From Candidatus Aenigmatarchaeota archaeon (GTDB taxonomy: Archaea; Thermoplasmatota; Thermoplasmata; Halarchaeoplasmatales; Halarchaeoplasmataceae): a DNA stretch of 64,000 nucleotides. The notes under the pieces are model-generated. The model searched no databases. It saw only the letters and a list, made by a program, of their open reading frames with translations, and had not been told where the DNA came from. Location of the stretch: contig JBKHKA010000007.1 in the NCBI GenBank assembly GCA_046537845.1, positions 1,249-65,248 on the forward strand, given 5' to 3'. The stretch's first letter is position 1, and each line of letters starts with the position of its first letter. Positions 35,901 to 44,197 of the stretch are shown piece after piece. A program made the position numbers and the translations under genes.

Positions 35901-36451
35901 GGGATGGGGAGTTGATCACTACTAGTATCCCAAGTCTTGATGGTCCAAGATTCTGGATCAAAGGTTTCAGTTTCAGCTGAAAAATATTCATCTTGGTTAC
36001 CTGTTGGGCGTAATATCTTGAGCTTGAAAGCAGAATGGCGGTCGGCACAGGTAACCGTGAATTCGATTATCTCACCACCTCGGTCGATATTGAAATCATC
36101 TCGACCTGGAAAAGTAGTATATCCAGGATCCCAATAATAATCGTCGTTAGGCGACTCCGCCGCTCCCACCTGAAACTCATACGTATCCAGCATCACTTCG
36201 CCTGAAGAAGTTGTGGTATCCAAATTTGTTAAGTCACCGGATTCAAAATCGGACTGTGTAGTCTGGGTCCATGTTTCCGTGGATAAGGGTTTCCGAGGTT
36301 TCTCAGCTGTTGGGGATACATTGATAGTTGAATTCTCCTGAGGAGTCGAAGCCGAGGAGGGCATGGACATAAAAACGACTAACCCTACAGAAGTCAATAA
36401 GATACCTATGGTTAGGATTATCAAGGATTTTTCGAACGATTTATTTTTCAT
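32915..36451 (-). CDS. Single-pass receptor/adhesin-like protein (1178 aa): signal peptide, N-terminal globular domain, six Ig-like repeats, TM helix, cytoplasmic C4HC3 zinc finger, acidic linker, terminal zinc ribbon
   Basis: Signal MKNKSFEKSLIILTIGILLTSVGLVVF. Repeats follow the consensus D-x-x-x-P...GWY...D-x-x-SGV...Y-R...W...AGN. TM helix WWYLLPIPIAVILIGLFVYW followed by KRRREEQE. Finger CDIC-x11-CQC-x4-H-x2-C-x6-CLGC. C-terminus CPVCNNKLEPGADKCWACGADLDEEE. Confidence 0.85.
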   Translation of the reverse strand: MKNKSFEKSLIILTIGILLTSVGLVVFMSMPSSASTPQENSTINVSPTAEKPRKPLSTETWTQTTQSDFESGDLTNLDTTTSSGEVMLDTYEFQVGAAESPNDDYYWDPGYTTFPGRDDFNIDRGGEIIEFTVTCADRHSAFKLKILRPTGNQDEYFSAETETFDPESWTIKTWDTSSDQLPIPVQGGDKLGQYTLGDLSTVGFTGENGQYYYNGEITTSPQTMDWADDDVITTMEAIVETHEDSGTLVSSVYDTGDGMYDWGTIHWDADEPSGTSLTMETRTSPDGNSWSDWAEASNGGEVPSPVDRYIQYRATFETSNGQITPSLSEVNVEYMEDTYSPEIEHDPVEGWEGYGPYTITARITDQHSGVDENSLEVRYRVDGGVWQASPMNSTTGDEYSGDIPDQDAGSEVEYYIYAVDVAGNEEKSNQYSFTIDKDPPDTSLTLQGEGPQNGWYRSDVELQFSAEDAHSGVDSILYKIDDGEWQEIDGASGGTTVSGSGTHEVQFYSIDNGGNQEDINDESFKIDVIEPTTHVALDGPEGEDGWYIGDVEVSFSSEDGYSGVDHIEYRVGEGWEEIEGDGGSITIGEEGENSLYYRAVDTAGNVEEEKLQVIRIDKTAPSVELNSPNPGGENDWHIEEPAVNISAEDGNSGVSSIKYRIISDDETGEWQKAESDVVEIKLENGEHTVEYLAENNAGLKSSDEENADTSQIKVDTQEPEIKYEISEPDSNGWYNAPPEVKIYADDEGGSGVRILQYRLGEDRDWEEYQGSFMIDREGQFYLGVRALDNAGNLNEEGKTEWLKIDLTTPSLKDFDTSDTVWKNEMTVTASIDSGASSVERVILRYEEDDGWKEKEMKRAGGEYKATISGDDVGFSDVDYQIVVEDAAGNEYQSETKVGPVGINWWYLLPIPIAVILIGLFVYWKRRREEQEKLLPVKESKFSKIRQKKGEKLKSLKKKRSTRPTRVSTSRASSSRSSPPRPQDGNYMGESGAARAGAAGMGIYSSKSRPKPSKDCDICNSPIDPESSLECQCGNAYHNDCLMVEGECLGCGRDYAEVRSFSEEGVTTEKPDSSFTGSEVGSEPVGPALDDEESEGEEELEDEVTKMLEEESESDKVSSGGIWSHKGSGLDQEEQPGSEEKTEGEVEEKEKIKCPVCNNKLEPGADKCWACGADLDEEE
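33310..33347. repeat. 38-nt block identical to 38234-38271 (zinc-finger coding region of the two paralogs)
   Basis: gacactctccttcgaccatgagacaatcgttgtggtaa is present at both positions, verified base by base. Confidence 0.95.
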
Positions 36452-36567
36452 ACGTCCGACTCCTTCTTTCGAATATATAATTTGTCTACGGTGGTAAATT
36501 ATATATGTGTCTTAGACTATATATGTTTTTTGTCCTTTTCGGGCACTTTTGTAAATCTCTATTCTTT

Positions 36568-37080
36568 TCAATCTTCAAAGATGAAAGTATGATATTGGGT
36601 CTCACCGCTGACTATCAATTCGCACCTCATCACTCTGAAACCCTCTCCTGAGACAAGATCAAGATAACGGTGCTCGTCATCGATCTCCGCAAGCTCCGTT
36701 TCGTTGGTGGTATAATTGATCTGTGATGGATCCCAAAGATGTACCCTTTCACTATCTTCAGCGGTGATATCGGATGATGCGAGTTTACCTTGCGCTTCAA
36801 GACTCACCTCACTAGAACTTATCCTGATCTCATATTCTTCCCCATCTATCTCCGATGGTAGTTCCACAGCGGAAGCGTTCTCCCTGAAGGTGAAATAAAG
36901 TGTAGAATTAGAATGGGTGTTAGAAAGTTCATTCACTCTAGAAGAAATCTCTTGAGAGAGGCTCTTTAACCTAGTTTCATCTATATCCTCTCTTGCAGCT
37001 GAAAAAACGAAGATTGAAAATATCACCAAAGCCATGGTGAAGATAGAGACGATGATTTTTGAAAGTGCCCAATCCAACAT
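36568..37080 (-). CDS. Small N-terminally anchored protein (170 aa); paralog of 6072-6605
   Basis: MLDWALSKIIVSIFTMALVIFSIFVF helix. Shared blocks with the 177-aa protein are listed under that feature. Start codon lies 1 nt after the upstream stop. Confidence 0.7.
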   Translation of the reverse strand: MLDWALSKIIVSIFTMALVIFSIFVFSAAREDIDETRLKSLSQEISSRVNELSNTHSNSTLYFTFRENASAVELPSEIDGEEYEIRISSSEVSLEAQGKLASSDITAEDSERVHLWDPSQINYTTNETELAEIDDEHRYLDLVSGEGFRVMRCELIVSGETQYHTFIFED

Positions 37081-37081
37081 C

Positions 37082-37618
37082 TTACCACTCTAATACATCC
37101 AGCTCGACATAGTAATCGTTTTCGACGCCGTCTTCATTCATATCGAAATCCGCGGGCTTTTTAACTATAGATATCCGCTGATTCCCTCCTGGGATTATCA
37201 GGGTATCGTTATCCGGCGAGCACATAGGGATGCCCTTACGACCGTGGGTGACTAATATCGATTTTTCAGGTTCCTCTCTGAGTTGATAATAGATGGCTCT
37301 TGTGTGAACAGAACCGGACAAAGGAGCACCCACCTTTACCTCTTCAGTCTCGGGAGGAAATTCTATTTCTAAAACCGTGCTCGCATTCACACCTTGGATA
37401 TACACGCTCTCCACGGCAGATGCTATCTGATTTACTTCTTGGGAGAGCTGTTCTTCTGCACTGTTAGTGCGGTAGTGAGACAGGGCGGAGAGCATAGACG
37501 GTATAGCTATAGCGAGTACGATAGCTATTATCAAAAGCCGGAAAGGATAATCCATAACTCCTTCTTCGGAGCGTTTCAAGTTCCTTGGATCGCATCTTTT
37601 CTTTTCTATTCCATCCAT
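37082..37618 (-). CDS. Small pilin-like protein (178 aa)
   Basis: Charged leader MDGIEKKRCDPRNLKRSEEG followed by VMDYPFRLLIIAIVLAIAIPSMLSAL and a beta-rich body. Confidence 0.65.
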   Translation of the reverse strand: MDGIEKKRCDPRNLKRSEEGVMDYPFRLLIIAIVLAIAIPSMLSALSHYRTNSAEEQLSQEVNQIASAVESVYIQGVNASTVLEIEFPPETEEVKVGAPLSGSVHTRAIYYQLREEPEKSILVTHGRKGIPMCSPDNDTLIIPGGNQRISIVKKPADFDMNEDGVENDYYVELDVLEW

Positions 37619-37637
37619 CTGATCTCAACCTCGTCTT

Positions 37638-40600
37638 TTATTCCTCTTCATCCAGGTCAGCACCGCAGGCCCAACACTTGTCTGCCCCTGGTTCTAGGTC
37701 GTTATTACATATCGGGCATTTTGTAGGACCTTTATCTTTATCTTCTTCTTCAGTGGATTCCTCCTCGATCGACTCCTTTTCCTCTTCTGACCTTTCATCT
37801 AAGTTTTCTTCGGGTTCTAGGTCTTCTTTGCCCCCTTCCTCTTCCTGCTCTTCATCTATCTCTTCATCCTTATCCTGTTCCATCTTTTCTTCTTGCTCAC
37901 TGACTTCACTCGGTTCTTCTTCCATGTCCTCAGCTTGCTCATCCTGCTCGACCCCCTCCTCCAACTCTTCTTCATCCTCAATCGTCTCGCTCTCTTCGGA
38001 CTCCATTTCATCTGAGGGTTCCTCTTCTTCTTTAGCTATCTCCTTCATCTCCTCTGCTTCTTTTTTGACTTTTTCTTCGGGCTCAGTACTGGTTTCGTCT
38101 GCTAATATCTTTATATCCGCTCCATCCTCGGTTGTCTCTTCGGTCTCCCCCCTCTCTTCCTCCTCAGTGCCTTCATCAGAACCTCCTTCTTCCGTGAAGG
38201 ATTTAACGGCCGCATAATCTCTTTCACATTCAGGACACTCTCCTTCGACCATGAGACAATCGTTGTGGTAAACGTTCCCGCATTCACATTTCAATCTACT
38301 CTCAGGATCGGTCGGGCTGTTACAGATGTCACAGTCTTCTGAAGACGTCTGTGAAAGAGCCGATACAGGCATCGTTTCCCCTCTAGCCCCTGGTGGAGGG
38401 GTGGAGGATCTACCACCGTTCCCTACGTCTGCCGTTCTTTCGGCTCGTTGACTCTTCAATTCTTTCAATTTCCTCCCTCTTTTCTCCCTGATTTTTGAAA
38501 ATTTAGATTCTTTTATAGGCATCAGTTTTTCGTGTTTTTCTCTGCGCTTTTTCCAGAACACAAAGAGAGCTAAAAGCACCACCGCGATGGGTATCGGTAC
38601 AAAGTACCACCAGTTTATGCCGACATCTGCTACCTTTGTCTCCGTTTCCTCGACATTTCCAGCTCCATCTCTCACCACTATACGATAGTCAACATCGCTG
38701 AAGCCCACTTCGCCGCCGGAGATGGTGGCGACATATTCCCCATTTTCTAAGTTCATCTCTTTTTCTTTCCAACCGTCTCCTGAGTCATATTCTAAGATGA
38801 CTCGATCGATGTCGGAGTTATAATCCTTCGCCTCCACAGAGACGGTGAGATCGTTTCTCCAAACCGTAGGACTCGATTCAGCAGATTCTATCCTGGGTCC
38901 TTCAAGATCCATAAGATATTCAAAATCCTCAATATATTCATTCCCCGCCTCGTCTTTTACGTATAATTCTACCTCTAGTTCACCCGACATGCTCACATCA
39001 AAAGTGGTGTTCATTTTACCGATATCACCTGAATTCTCACGTGTCTCATTCTCCCATTCTCCCCTCCTATTTATCCGACAACTCACTTCACTAACGCCGG
39101 ATAATTCGTCCTCGGAGTCCACAGAAATCGTACCTGGAGAATTTACCCATCCTTGCTCATAAGGTGGATCGGTTTCATAATATAGATCGGGAGAAGAGGT
39201 GTCCACTTTGATCTCTTTTTCATTCACCTCGCTTTCCCTACCAGCCTTATCTACACTGTGATATTCTACTGTATAAATACCGTCTTCAAGAGTTATCGTT
39301 TCCTGGTATTCTGACCATTCTTCCTCCCCATCTATCCTGTAATTGATGTGTGATACTCCAGATATATTATCCTGAGCATTCAATTCAACTTCGGGGGCGG
39401 TGACATACCATCCTTTGTTGCCTTCCTCGCCAAGGACCTCGGCAGATGCTTGAGGATCTTCCAGATCGATCTTGATCTGAGTCGTTCCTCTTTCTTCATT
39501 GCCGGCCCTATCGAAACACCGATACTCTAACTGAAACTCACCAGATTCATCCAGATCGATCTCGCTTTCATATGTACGCCATTCTTCTTCACCAAACCTG
39601 TACTCGATGGTTTCGATATCTGAGTTTTCGTCGGTGGCAGATATCTCTACCTGAACATCTTCAAGATACCATCCGTTCTCACCTGAAGGCTCAGGCTTTA
39701 TCACTTCCACCTCTGGTGGAGACATATCGATCTTCACCTCTACCGAGTCGACTCCCTCCTCGTTCCCGACCTGATCATCAGAATAGTATTCCACCTCGTA
39801 TATGCCAGATTGCTGCAGCTCGATGGGCTGAGCGTACTCTTCCCACCCATCATCGAGTCTGTACCACGTGGTACCCACCCCGGAGTCCCCATCACTTGCA
39901 TCCAATTGAACCTCTACTTGACTCGCAAACCACCCGTCGTCCCCCTCCTCGCCGGATAGCACGGGCTCCGTCTCCGGAGATTCCTTATCCACCTTGAAAG
40001 GATAATATTGATCCTCATCAGGAGATGTTGCCACTAACCCGGCTTCATTTTCCGCCTCGATATAGTACCTGACTTCAGTAGAGTGGTTAAGATCTGGTAT
40101 CTCGGTTTCATATAACTCATCACCTACCTGCCCCATGGTCAGTTCATTCCAGCTGCTGCCCTCATCGATGCTGTAGTAGGTGCTTGGGTTTTCGGCCAAT
40201 CCGCTCCCTCCGTCCTGGACACTCGCGGTGATGGTATAACCTCCCTCGGCCTGCCATTCATCCAAAGAGCTGTGCTCTATATCCGGAGGGTCTTCATCCA
40301 CTCGGTACTCTATACGGATGCTGTTCAAAGAAGGCGTTTCTCTGCCAGTTGCAGACGTGAAGGTCGCTCTGTACTGAATATATTGGTGAGTATCATCACC
40401 CGGGACGTTCCCCTCATTCTCAGCTTCCTCCCAGGATGTCCAATCCTGCCCGTTTGCGGAAGTCCTCGTTTCTATAGTCAGGTTCGATCCTTGAGGCACG
40501 TCGGCATCCCAACTTATGCTCTCCCACTCGTACATGTGCTGTCCCGCATCGTGCACGTTTGATTCATGAACGCCCTCGTCACGATGGGTTTCTACTTCAG

Positions 40601-41384
40601 CCTCCAAAGTGGTTATCGCGTCATCGTCGCTGATATGTCCCATCTCCGTAGGAGTACTAGTTACCTCCCCATCATGACTCCAATAACCATTGTTTCCAGT
40701 CAAAGCAACTGCAGCGATGTCGCCAAGTGCGTAAAGACTCAATCGATCTTCTTTTTCTATAGGTATATCCAGCCCGGTCCGTTCATTTATCTGCCCAGGG
40801 TTCAAGTTTGAAAAGATCTCTGATTGAGCCGCATAAAACTCGGCGCTCTCACCAGGGTTAACAGCATCTGGATCGGTGGGCCTGAGAACTTTCAGCTCTA
40901 TGTCTCCAGCTAGATCTGGGTCATCCCCCACATTTATCCTGAACTCTCTGATCTTGCCTCCTCTATCTGCTCTAAAATCATCCCTACAGCCGAGGAAAGT
41001 TGATCCCTTGGGCCAATAATAATATCCCCCTCTGCTCCCCTGTTCAGCCGCTTCAGCCGCCCCTATCTGGATCGTGTCAGTATCCAACTTTACCTTACCC
41101 GGCTCCGAATCGAGGTCTAGATCTTCGCTGTCCCCCTGTTTGAAGTCGCTCTGCGACCACTGCTCCCAAGAAGCTACGCTTTTGACTCCCTCCTCCTCTC
41201 TTGAGGGGAGATCTTCTTCCCTTGAAAAGAATGTTTTCGCTTCGGAGATACCTCCGTTAGCTAAAAAGGGCCCCCAAAACGAGAGCATCAAAAACACGAC
41301 TATGGCCGTGACAAAAATCAATGTGAATACGAAAGATAGTTCGGAAACAAAGCCGTTTTTCATTTTATCATCCATGGAAGCCAC
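37638..41384 (-). CDS. Single-pass receptor/adhesin-like protein (1248 aa), paralog of 32915-36451, with a longer acidic cytoplasmic linker
   Basis: N-terminal anchor LSFVFTLIFVTAIVVFLMLSFW, six Ig-like repeats, TM helix WWYFVPIPIAVVLLALFVFW (about 38553-38615) then KKRREKHE. Finger CDIC-x11-CEC-x4-H-x2-C-x6-CPEC (38226-38333). An ~160-aa E/D-rich tract. Terminal CPICNNDLEPGADKCWACGADLDEEE. Confidence 0.85.
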   Translation of the reverse strand: MASMDDKMKNGFVSELSFVFTLIFVTAIVVFLMLSFWGPFLANGGISEAKTFFSREEDLPSREEEGVKSVASWEQWSQSDFKQGDSEDLDLDSEPGKVKLDTDTIQIGAAEAAEQGSRGGYYYWPKGSTFLGCRDDFRADRGGKIREFRINVGDDPDLAGDIELKVLRPTDPDAVNPGESAEFYAAQSEIFSNLNPGQINERTGLDIPIEKEDRLSLYALGDIAAVALTGNNGYWSHDGEVTSTPTEMGHISDDDAITTLEAEVETHRDEGVHESNVHDAGQHMYEWESISWDADVPQGSNLTIETRTSANGQDWTSWEEAENEGNVPGDDTHQYIQYRATFTSATGRETPSLNSIRIEYRVDEDPPDIEHSSLDEWQAEGGYTITASVQDGGSGLAENPSTYYSIDEGSSWNELTMGQVGDELYETEIPDLNHSTEVRYYIEAENEAGLVATSPDEDQYYPFKVDKESPETEPVLSGEEGDDGWFASQVEVQLDASDGDSGVGTTWYRLDDGWEEYAQPIELQQSGIYEVEYYSDDQVGNEEGVDSVEVKIDMSPPEVEVIKPEPSGENGWYLEDVQVEISATDENSDIETIEYRFGEEEWRTYESEIDLDESGEFQLEYRCFDRAGNEERGTTQIKIDLEDPQASAEVLGEEGNKGWYVTAPEVELNAQDNISGVSHINYRIDGEEEWSEYQETITLEDGIYTVEYHSVDKAGRESEVNEKEIKVDTSSPDLYYETDPPYEQGWVNSPGTISVDSEDELSGVSEVSCRINRRGEWENETRENSGDIGKMNTTFDVSMSGELEVELYVKDEAGNEYIEDFEYLMDLEGPRIESAESSPTVWRNDLTVSVEAKDYNSDIDRVILEYDSGDGWKEKEMNLENGEYVATISGGEVGFSDVDYRIVVRDGAGNVEETETKVADVGINWWYFVPIPIAVVLLALFVFWKKRREKHEKLMPIKESKFSKIREKRGRKLKELKSQRAERTADVGNGGRSSTPPPGARGETMPVSALSQTSSEDCDICNSPTDPESRLKCECGNVYHNDCLMVEGECPECERDYAAVKSFTEEGGSDEGTEEEERGETEETTEDGADIKILADETSTEPEEKVKKEAEEMKEIAKEEEEPSDEMESEESETIEDEEELEEGVEQDEQAEDMEEEPSEVSEQEEKMEQDKDEEIDEEQEEEGGKEDLEPEENLDERSEEEKESIEEESTEEEDKDKGPTKCPICNNDLEPGADKCWACGADLDEEE
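38234..38271. repeat. 38-nt block identical to 33310-33347
   Basis: Same 38-mer as in the paralog. The 3'-terminal ~85 nt of the two genes (32915-33000 vs 37638-37723) are also about four-fifths identical by eye. Confidence 0.95.
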
Positions 41385-41554
41385 CTTTAGGATACCATCG
41401 GCCTCTCTACATTTACCTTAACAATATAGATAGGGAGGTAAATACTTAAAGATTTTGGGATAATGGGTTTTTAGCTGATAGTGCCTTGCTGCCACCTATT
41501 TTCCCTGATATAAAAAATAAAGGGAAAAGAGGTCCCTGTTCTGTCAATAGCACT

Positions 41555-42109
41555 TTAAGGTCTTTCGACCCATATGCTCGTTTGGACTGATTCGGTTCCG
41601 ATCAGACCTTCGTAGGAGGCCTCGATCTCTATCTTGGCGTGGTCCTCGTTTTGGCGCAGTCTGCAACCGTCTAAATCTAATTCCGCCTGACCTGTAGAGT
41701 TCGTCGTAGCAACTGCGCTAGCTCCGGCACCTTCTGCCTCTACGTCAACACCGGCCATCACATTACCGTCTTCATCATATATCGTTACAACCAAATATTC
41801 GTCGTATTCCTTCTCCGGTGGCAAGGTGTTGTCCGAATCATCCGGGTCGGGCCGTTCAGATCCCTTGTAATATGCTCTTCCATCTTCGTATAATTCCTCA
41901 CAGATCACACTTTCATGGGTTTCGTTAGTACCGTGTTGAACCTCGTGCACTCTGACGTCGTCTATCTTCGGCTCCGTTGTCACCATGAATCCCAGTATCG
42001 CCGCTAGGGAGACCGCCGCTATTATCACTATCAGCAGTATGTAGAGAGGTATGCCCATGATCTGGGCGTATTCGTCATCCTCTATTCTTCGGGGGGGTAG
42101 CGAGTCCAT
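41555..42109 (-). CDS. Small pilin-like protein (184 aa) with a beta-sandwich-like C-terminal domain
   Basis: Leader MDSLPPRRIEDDEYAQIMG, helix IPLYILLIVIIAAVSLAAILGFMV, and a C-terminal VVTIYDEDGNVMAGVDVEAEG...TTNSTGQAELDL resembling a CarboxypepD_reg-like fold. Confidence 0.65.
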   Translation of the reverse strand: MDSLPPRRIEDDEYAQIMGIPLYILLIVIIAAVSLAAILGFMVTTEPKIDDVRVHEVQHGTNETHESVICEELYEDGRAYYKGSERPDPDDSDNTLPPEKEYDEYLVVTIYDEDGNVMAGVDVEAEGAGASAVATTNSTGQAELDLDGCRLRQNEDHAKIEIEASYEGLIGTESVQTSIWVERP

Positions 42110-42171
42110 TTTTTCTTACCTCATTATTATCCAATACGGTCAAACAATATATATTTTGCTGTGTATCTCTC

Positions 42172-44196
42172 CTACACCATCCCGCCCAATAAGGACTCAG
42201 TAAATAACAGCGAAATAGTGTAAAGCAGCATAGAGACAGGGAGGATCCTCACCACGTTCATCTTCCGACTGGCCCAATCCTCCCCGCTCTCGATACCGAC
42301 CGTGAAATAAACCGTCAGGAGAACGAGGGTTATGAGGTAGATCCCCACGACCATGGAAAATGTGAAACCCGCTATGGGTACCTCTTCACCTATTATACGA
42401 CCGGCCATCCCGGCCAACGGCCCCTCCAATTCGATCTGAGCGAAATAATTCGAAAGTATTACGTAAAGGACCGCGGTCACCCCCATGACAAGGGGAGCGA
42501 TGAATTGGGCGGTGACTTTCATCATCCCTGTTATCTCCGTCAACCTGCTCTTCATCTCCTCTTCGATGTTCTGAAGTTCGGTCAGGTATCCAGATATCCT
42601 CACCAAAGTATCTCCTGCGGTCTCCGGATCTTTTTTTATCGCCCTAGATATCATGGTAGTTGTAGCTTTGATCATCTGTGAGGGATTCTTTTCCAGAACT
42701 CCTCCTCTACCGAATAACACATCTGAAAGCGATTTCCTCGTGACATGTAGTGAATAAGAGATCTTCTCGAAAAGGACACTGATACTGGAGGAATGTATAC
42801 TCTCAGAAACTTTTTCGAAGGCCCTTTCCGGCGGGTCTCCTCTACTTATATATCCTCCAAGATGAAAGAGGGCGTTCGGAAAGTTGTTCTCCATCTCCAA
42901 TATGTTATCTCTCTGCTTATAAGGGAAGTACGATGTGAAGAAGCAGTATATGGTTATGGCCGCCGCGATGCCCCACAAGGGGAGCAGTGATATCAGATAA
43001 GAGTGATCGGGTCTCAAGTAAAATCCCAAGAAGACCAGAGTGCCCCCTACTCCCAGCGAAGCCCCTATAACGGCATATTTTTCGCGGTCCGTTAGAAGAT
43101 CGGAAAGTGAGAGAGGTGCTCTCATGGTCGGGCGGTATCCCAATATGTGGATCGAATATATCAAAAATCCGAGAGGTATCACCACGTTTAGAACGAAAAT
43201 TATGAGTTCAGCAGCAGTTTCTCCGATCGCCAATACAGGTAAAAGAGCGGCCAACAACAGCGGCAGGATACTCCCCAAAGAAAAGAGGCTCATCGCTGGG
43301 ACGGTCAAAGATTCCGCAAAATTCCTCATCTTATTCTCGGTACCTTTCACGGCTATATCGTTGGCTTTTTCCAAGCTCGCAGTGACTTCCTCCTGCGTCT
43401 CTTTATGGGCTGCGTTCCGCAGCGTGTATAAACTCCTTCTGAACTCTTCACTCCACTTCCCCCATTCATCGGCGAAGGCTATCAGGGAGTCTTCGATCTT
43501 TGTGTGTTTCCTCATCTCTACGTCCCATATTATCCTTCTTAATTCAGAGGACAGAGGTTCTTCGACGCTGTCGGCGGCATACTCTATCGCCCTTGACAGA
43601 TTGGGAGTCAAGGACATAGCCATTACCATGTAATTGATGGCCTCAGGCATGCGCCCTATCGATTTGGCTCTTCTCCTCTTAGCCATATAGTTCGGTATAT
43701 TCATGACCAAAGCGATAGCAAGGATGGGCAAGATTATGACAGGCATCAGGGTGGTCAATTTGAACAGGAAGGGTATGTCCGTGAAAAAGAGGGTGTAAAG
43801 AGAAGCTACCAAGGATATCAAGAAAACTATCATACCCACGAAGTAAGCAAGATATCTGACTTCGAAGGGTTCTGCGTCTATCTGGGCGAACTTTATCGAG
43901 CTCTTGAACTCATCCTTTTCAAGCTTTTCTTTTTCTATCTCGTGGTCTCTTAATGCGAGTTCATAACGCTGTTTCGCCCTTTTAAATATTGGACTACCAG
44001 GAGGATGTTTCTTTCGGATCTCTTTGAACTTCTCCTTTTCCTCCTCAAACTTCCGATCGAGTTCTTTGTCTTTCTCTTTGCGCCTCTCCTGTCTTTCCTG
44101 CCTCTTCTCAGATAGGTCCAATTGAAAAAGGGCGCTCGCAAATTTGCAACCTTTCGTGAAATAACCTTGGCTTTGTGTTTGATCCATCGAAGGCAT
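42172..44196 (-). CDS. Type IV pilus/archaellum-type polytopic platform protein (FlaJ/TadC, T2SS-F family) (674 aa)
   Basis: An N-terminal K/E-rich cytoplasmic segment followed by about 8-9 TM helices arranged as two repeats with cytoplasmic helical bundles. Lies immediately downstream (1 nt) of the ATPase gene. Confidence 0.75.
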   Translation of the reverse strand: MPSMDQTQSQGYFTKGCKFASALFQLDLSEKRQERQERRKEKDKELDRKFEEEKEKFKEIRKKHPPGSPIFKRAKQRYELALRDHEIEKEKLEKDEFKSSIKFAQIDAEPFEVRYLAYFVGMIVFLISLVASLYTLFFTDIPFLFKLTTLMPVIILPILAIALVMNIPNYMAKRRRAKSIGRMPEAINYMVMAMSLTPNLSRAIEYAADSVEEPLSSELRRIIWDVEMRKHTKIEDSLIAFADEWGKWSEEFRRSLYTLRNAAHKETQEEVTASLEKANDIAVKGTENKMRNFAESLTVPAMSLFSLGSILPLLLAALLPVLAIGETAAELIIFVLNVVIPLGFLIYSIHILGYRPTMRAPLSLSDLLTDREKYAVIGASLGVGGTLVFLGFYLRPDHSYLISLLPLWGIAAAITIYCFFTSYFPYKQRDNILEMENNFPNALFHLGGYISRGDPPERAFEKVSESIHSSSISVLFEKISYSLHVTRKSLSDVLFGRGGVLEKNPSQMIKATTTMISRAIKKDPETAGDTLVRISGYLTELQNIEEEMKSRLTEITGMMKVTAQFIAPLVMGVTAVLYVILSNYFAQIELEGPLAGMAGRIIGEEVPIAGFTFSMVVGIYLITLVLLTVYFTVGIESGEDWASRKMNVVRILPVSMLLYTISLLFTESLLGGMV

Positions 44197-44197
44197 T

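Noticed and set aside
37740-38200. Repetitive GAA/GAG-rich DNA, checked as a possible CRISPR or tandem-repeat array
   Set aside because: There is no constant repeat unit or spacer structure. It is a coding poly-acidic tract. No CRISPR array was seen anywhere in the window.
37585-38217. 210-aa Ser-rich plus-strand ORF
   Set aside because: It is the reverse complement of the poly-Glu/Asp linker of the 1248-aa protein (GAA/GAG read as TTC/CTC and shifted to TCx). Pure composition artefact.
43040-43633. 197-aa plus-strand ORF inside the FlaJ/TadC-like gene; similar cases at 7976-8593, 50861-51388 and 58746-59276
   Set aside because: Each is antisense to a gene with clear family motifs or TM architecture, and none has a plausible start context.
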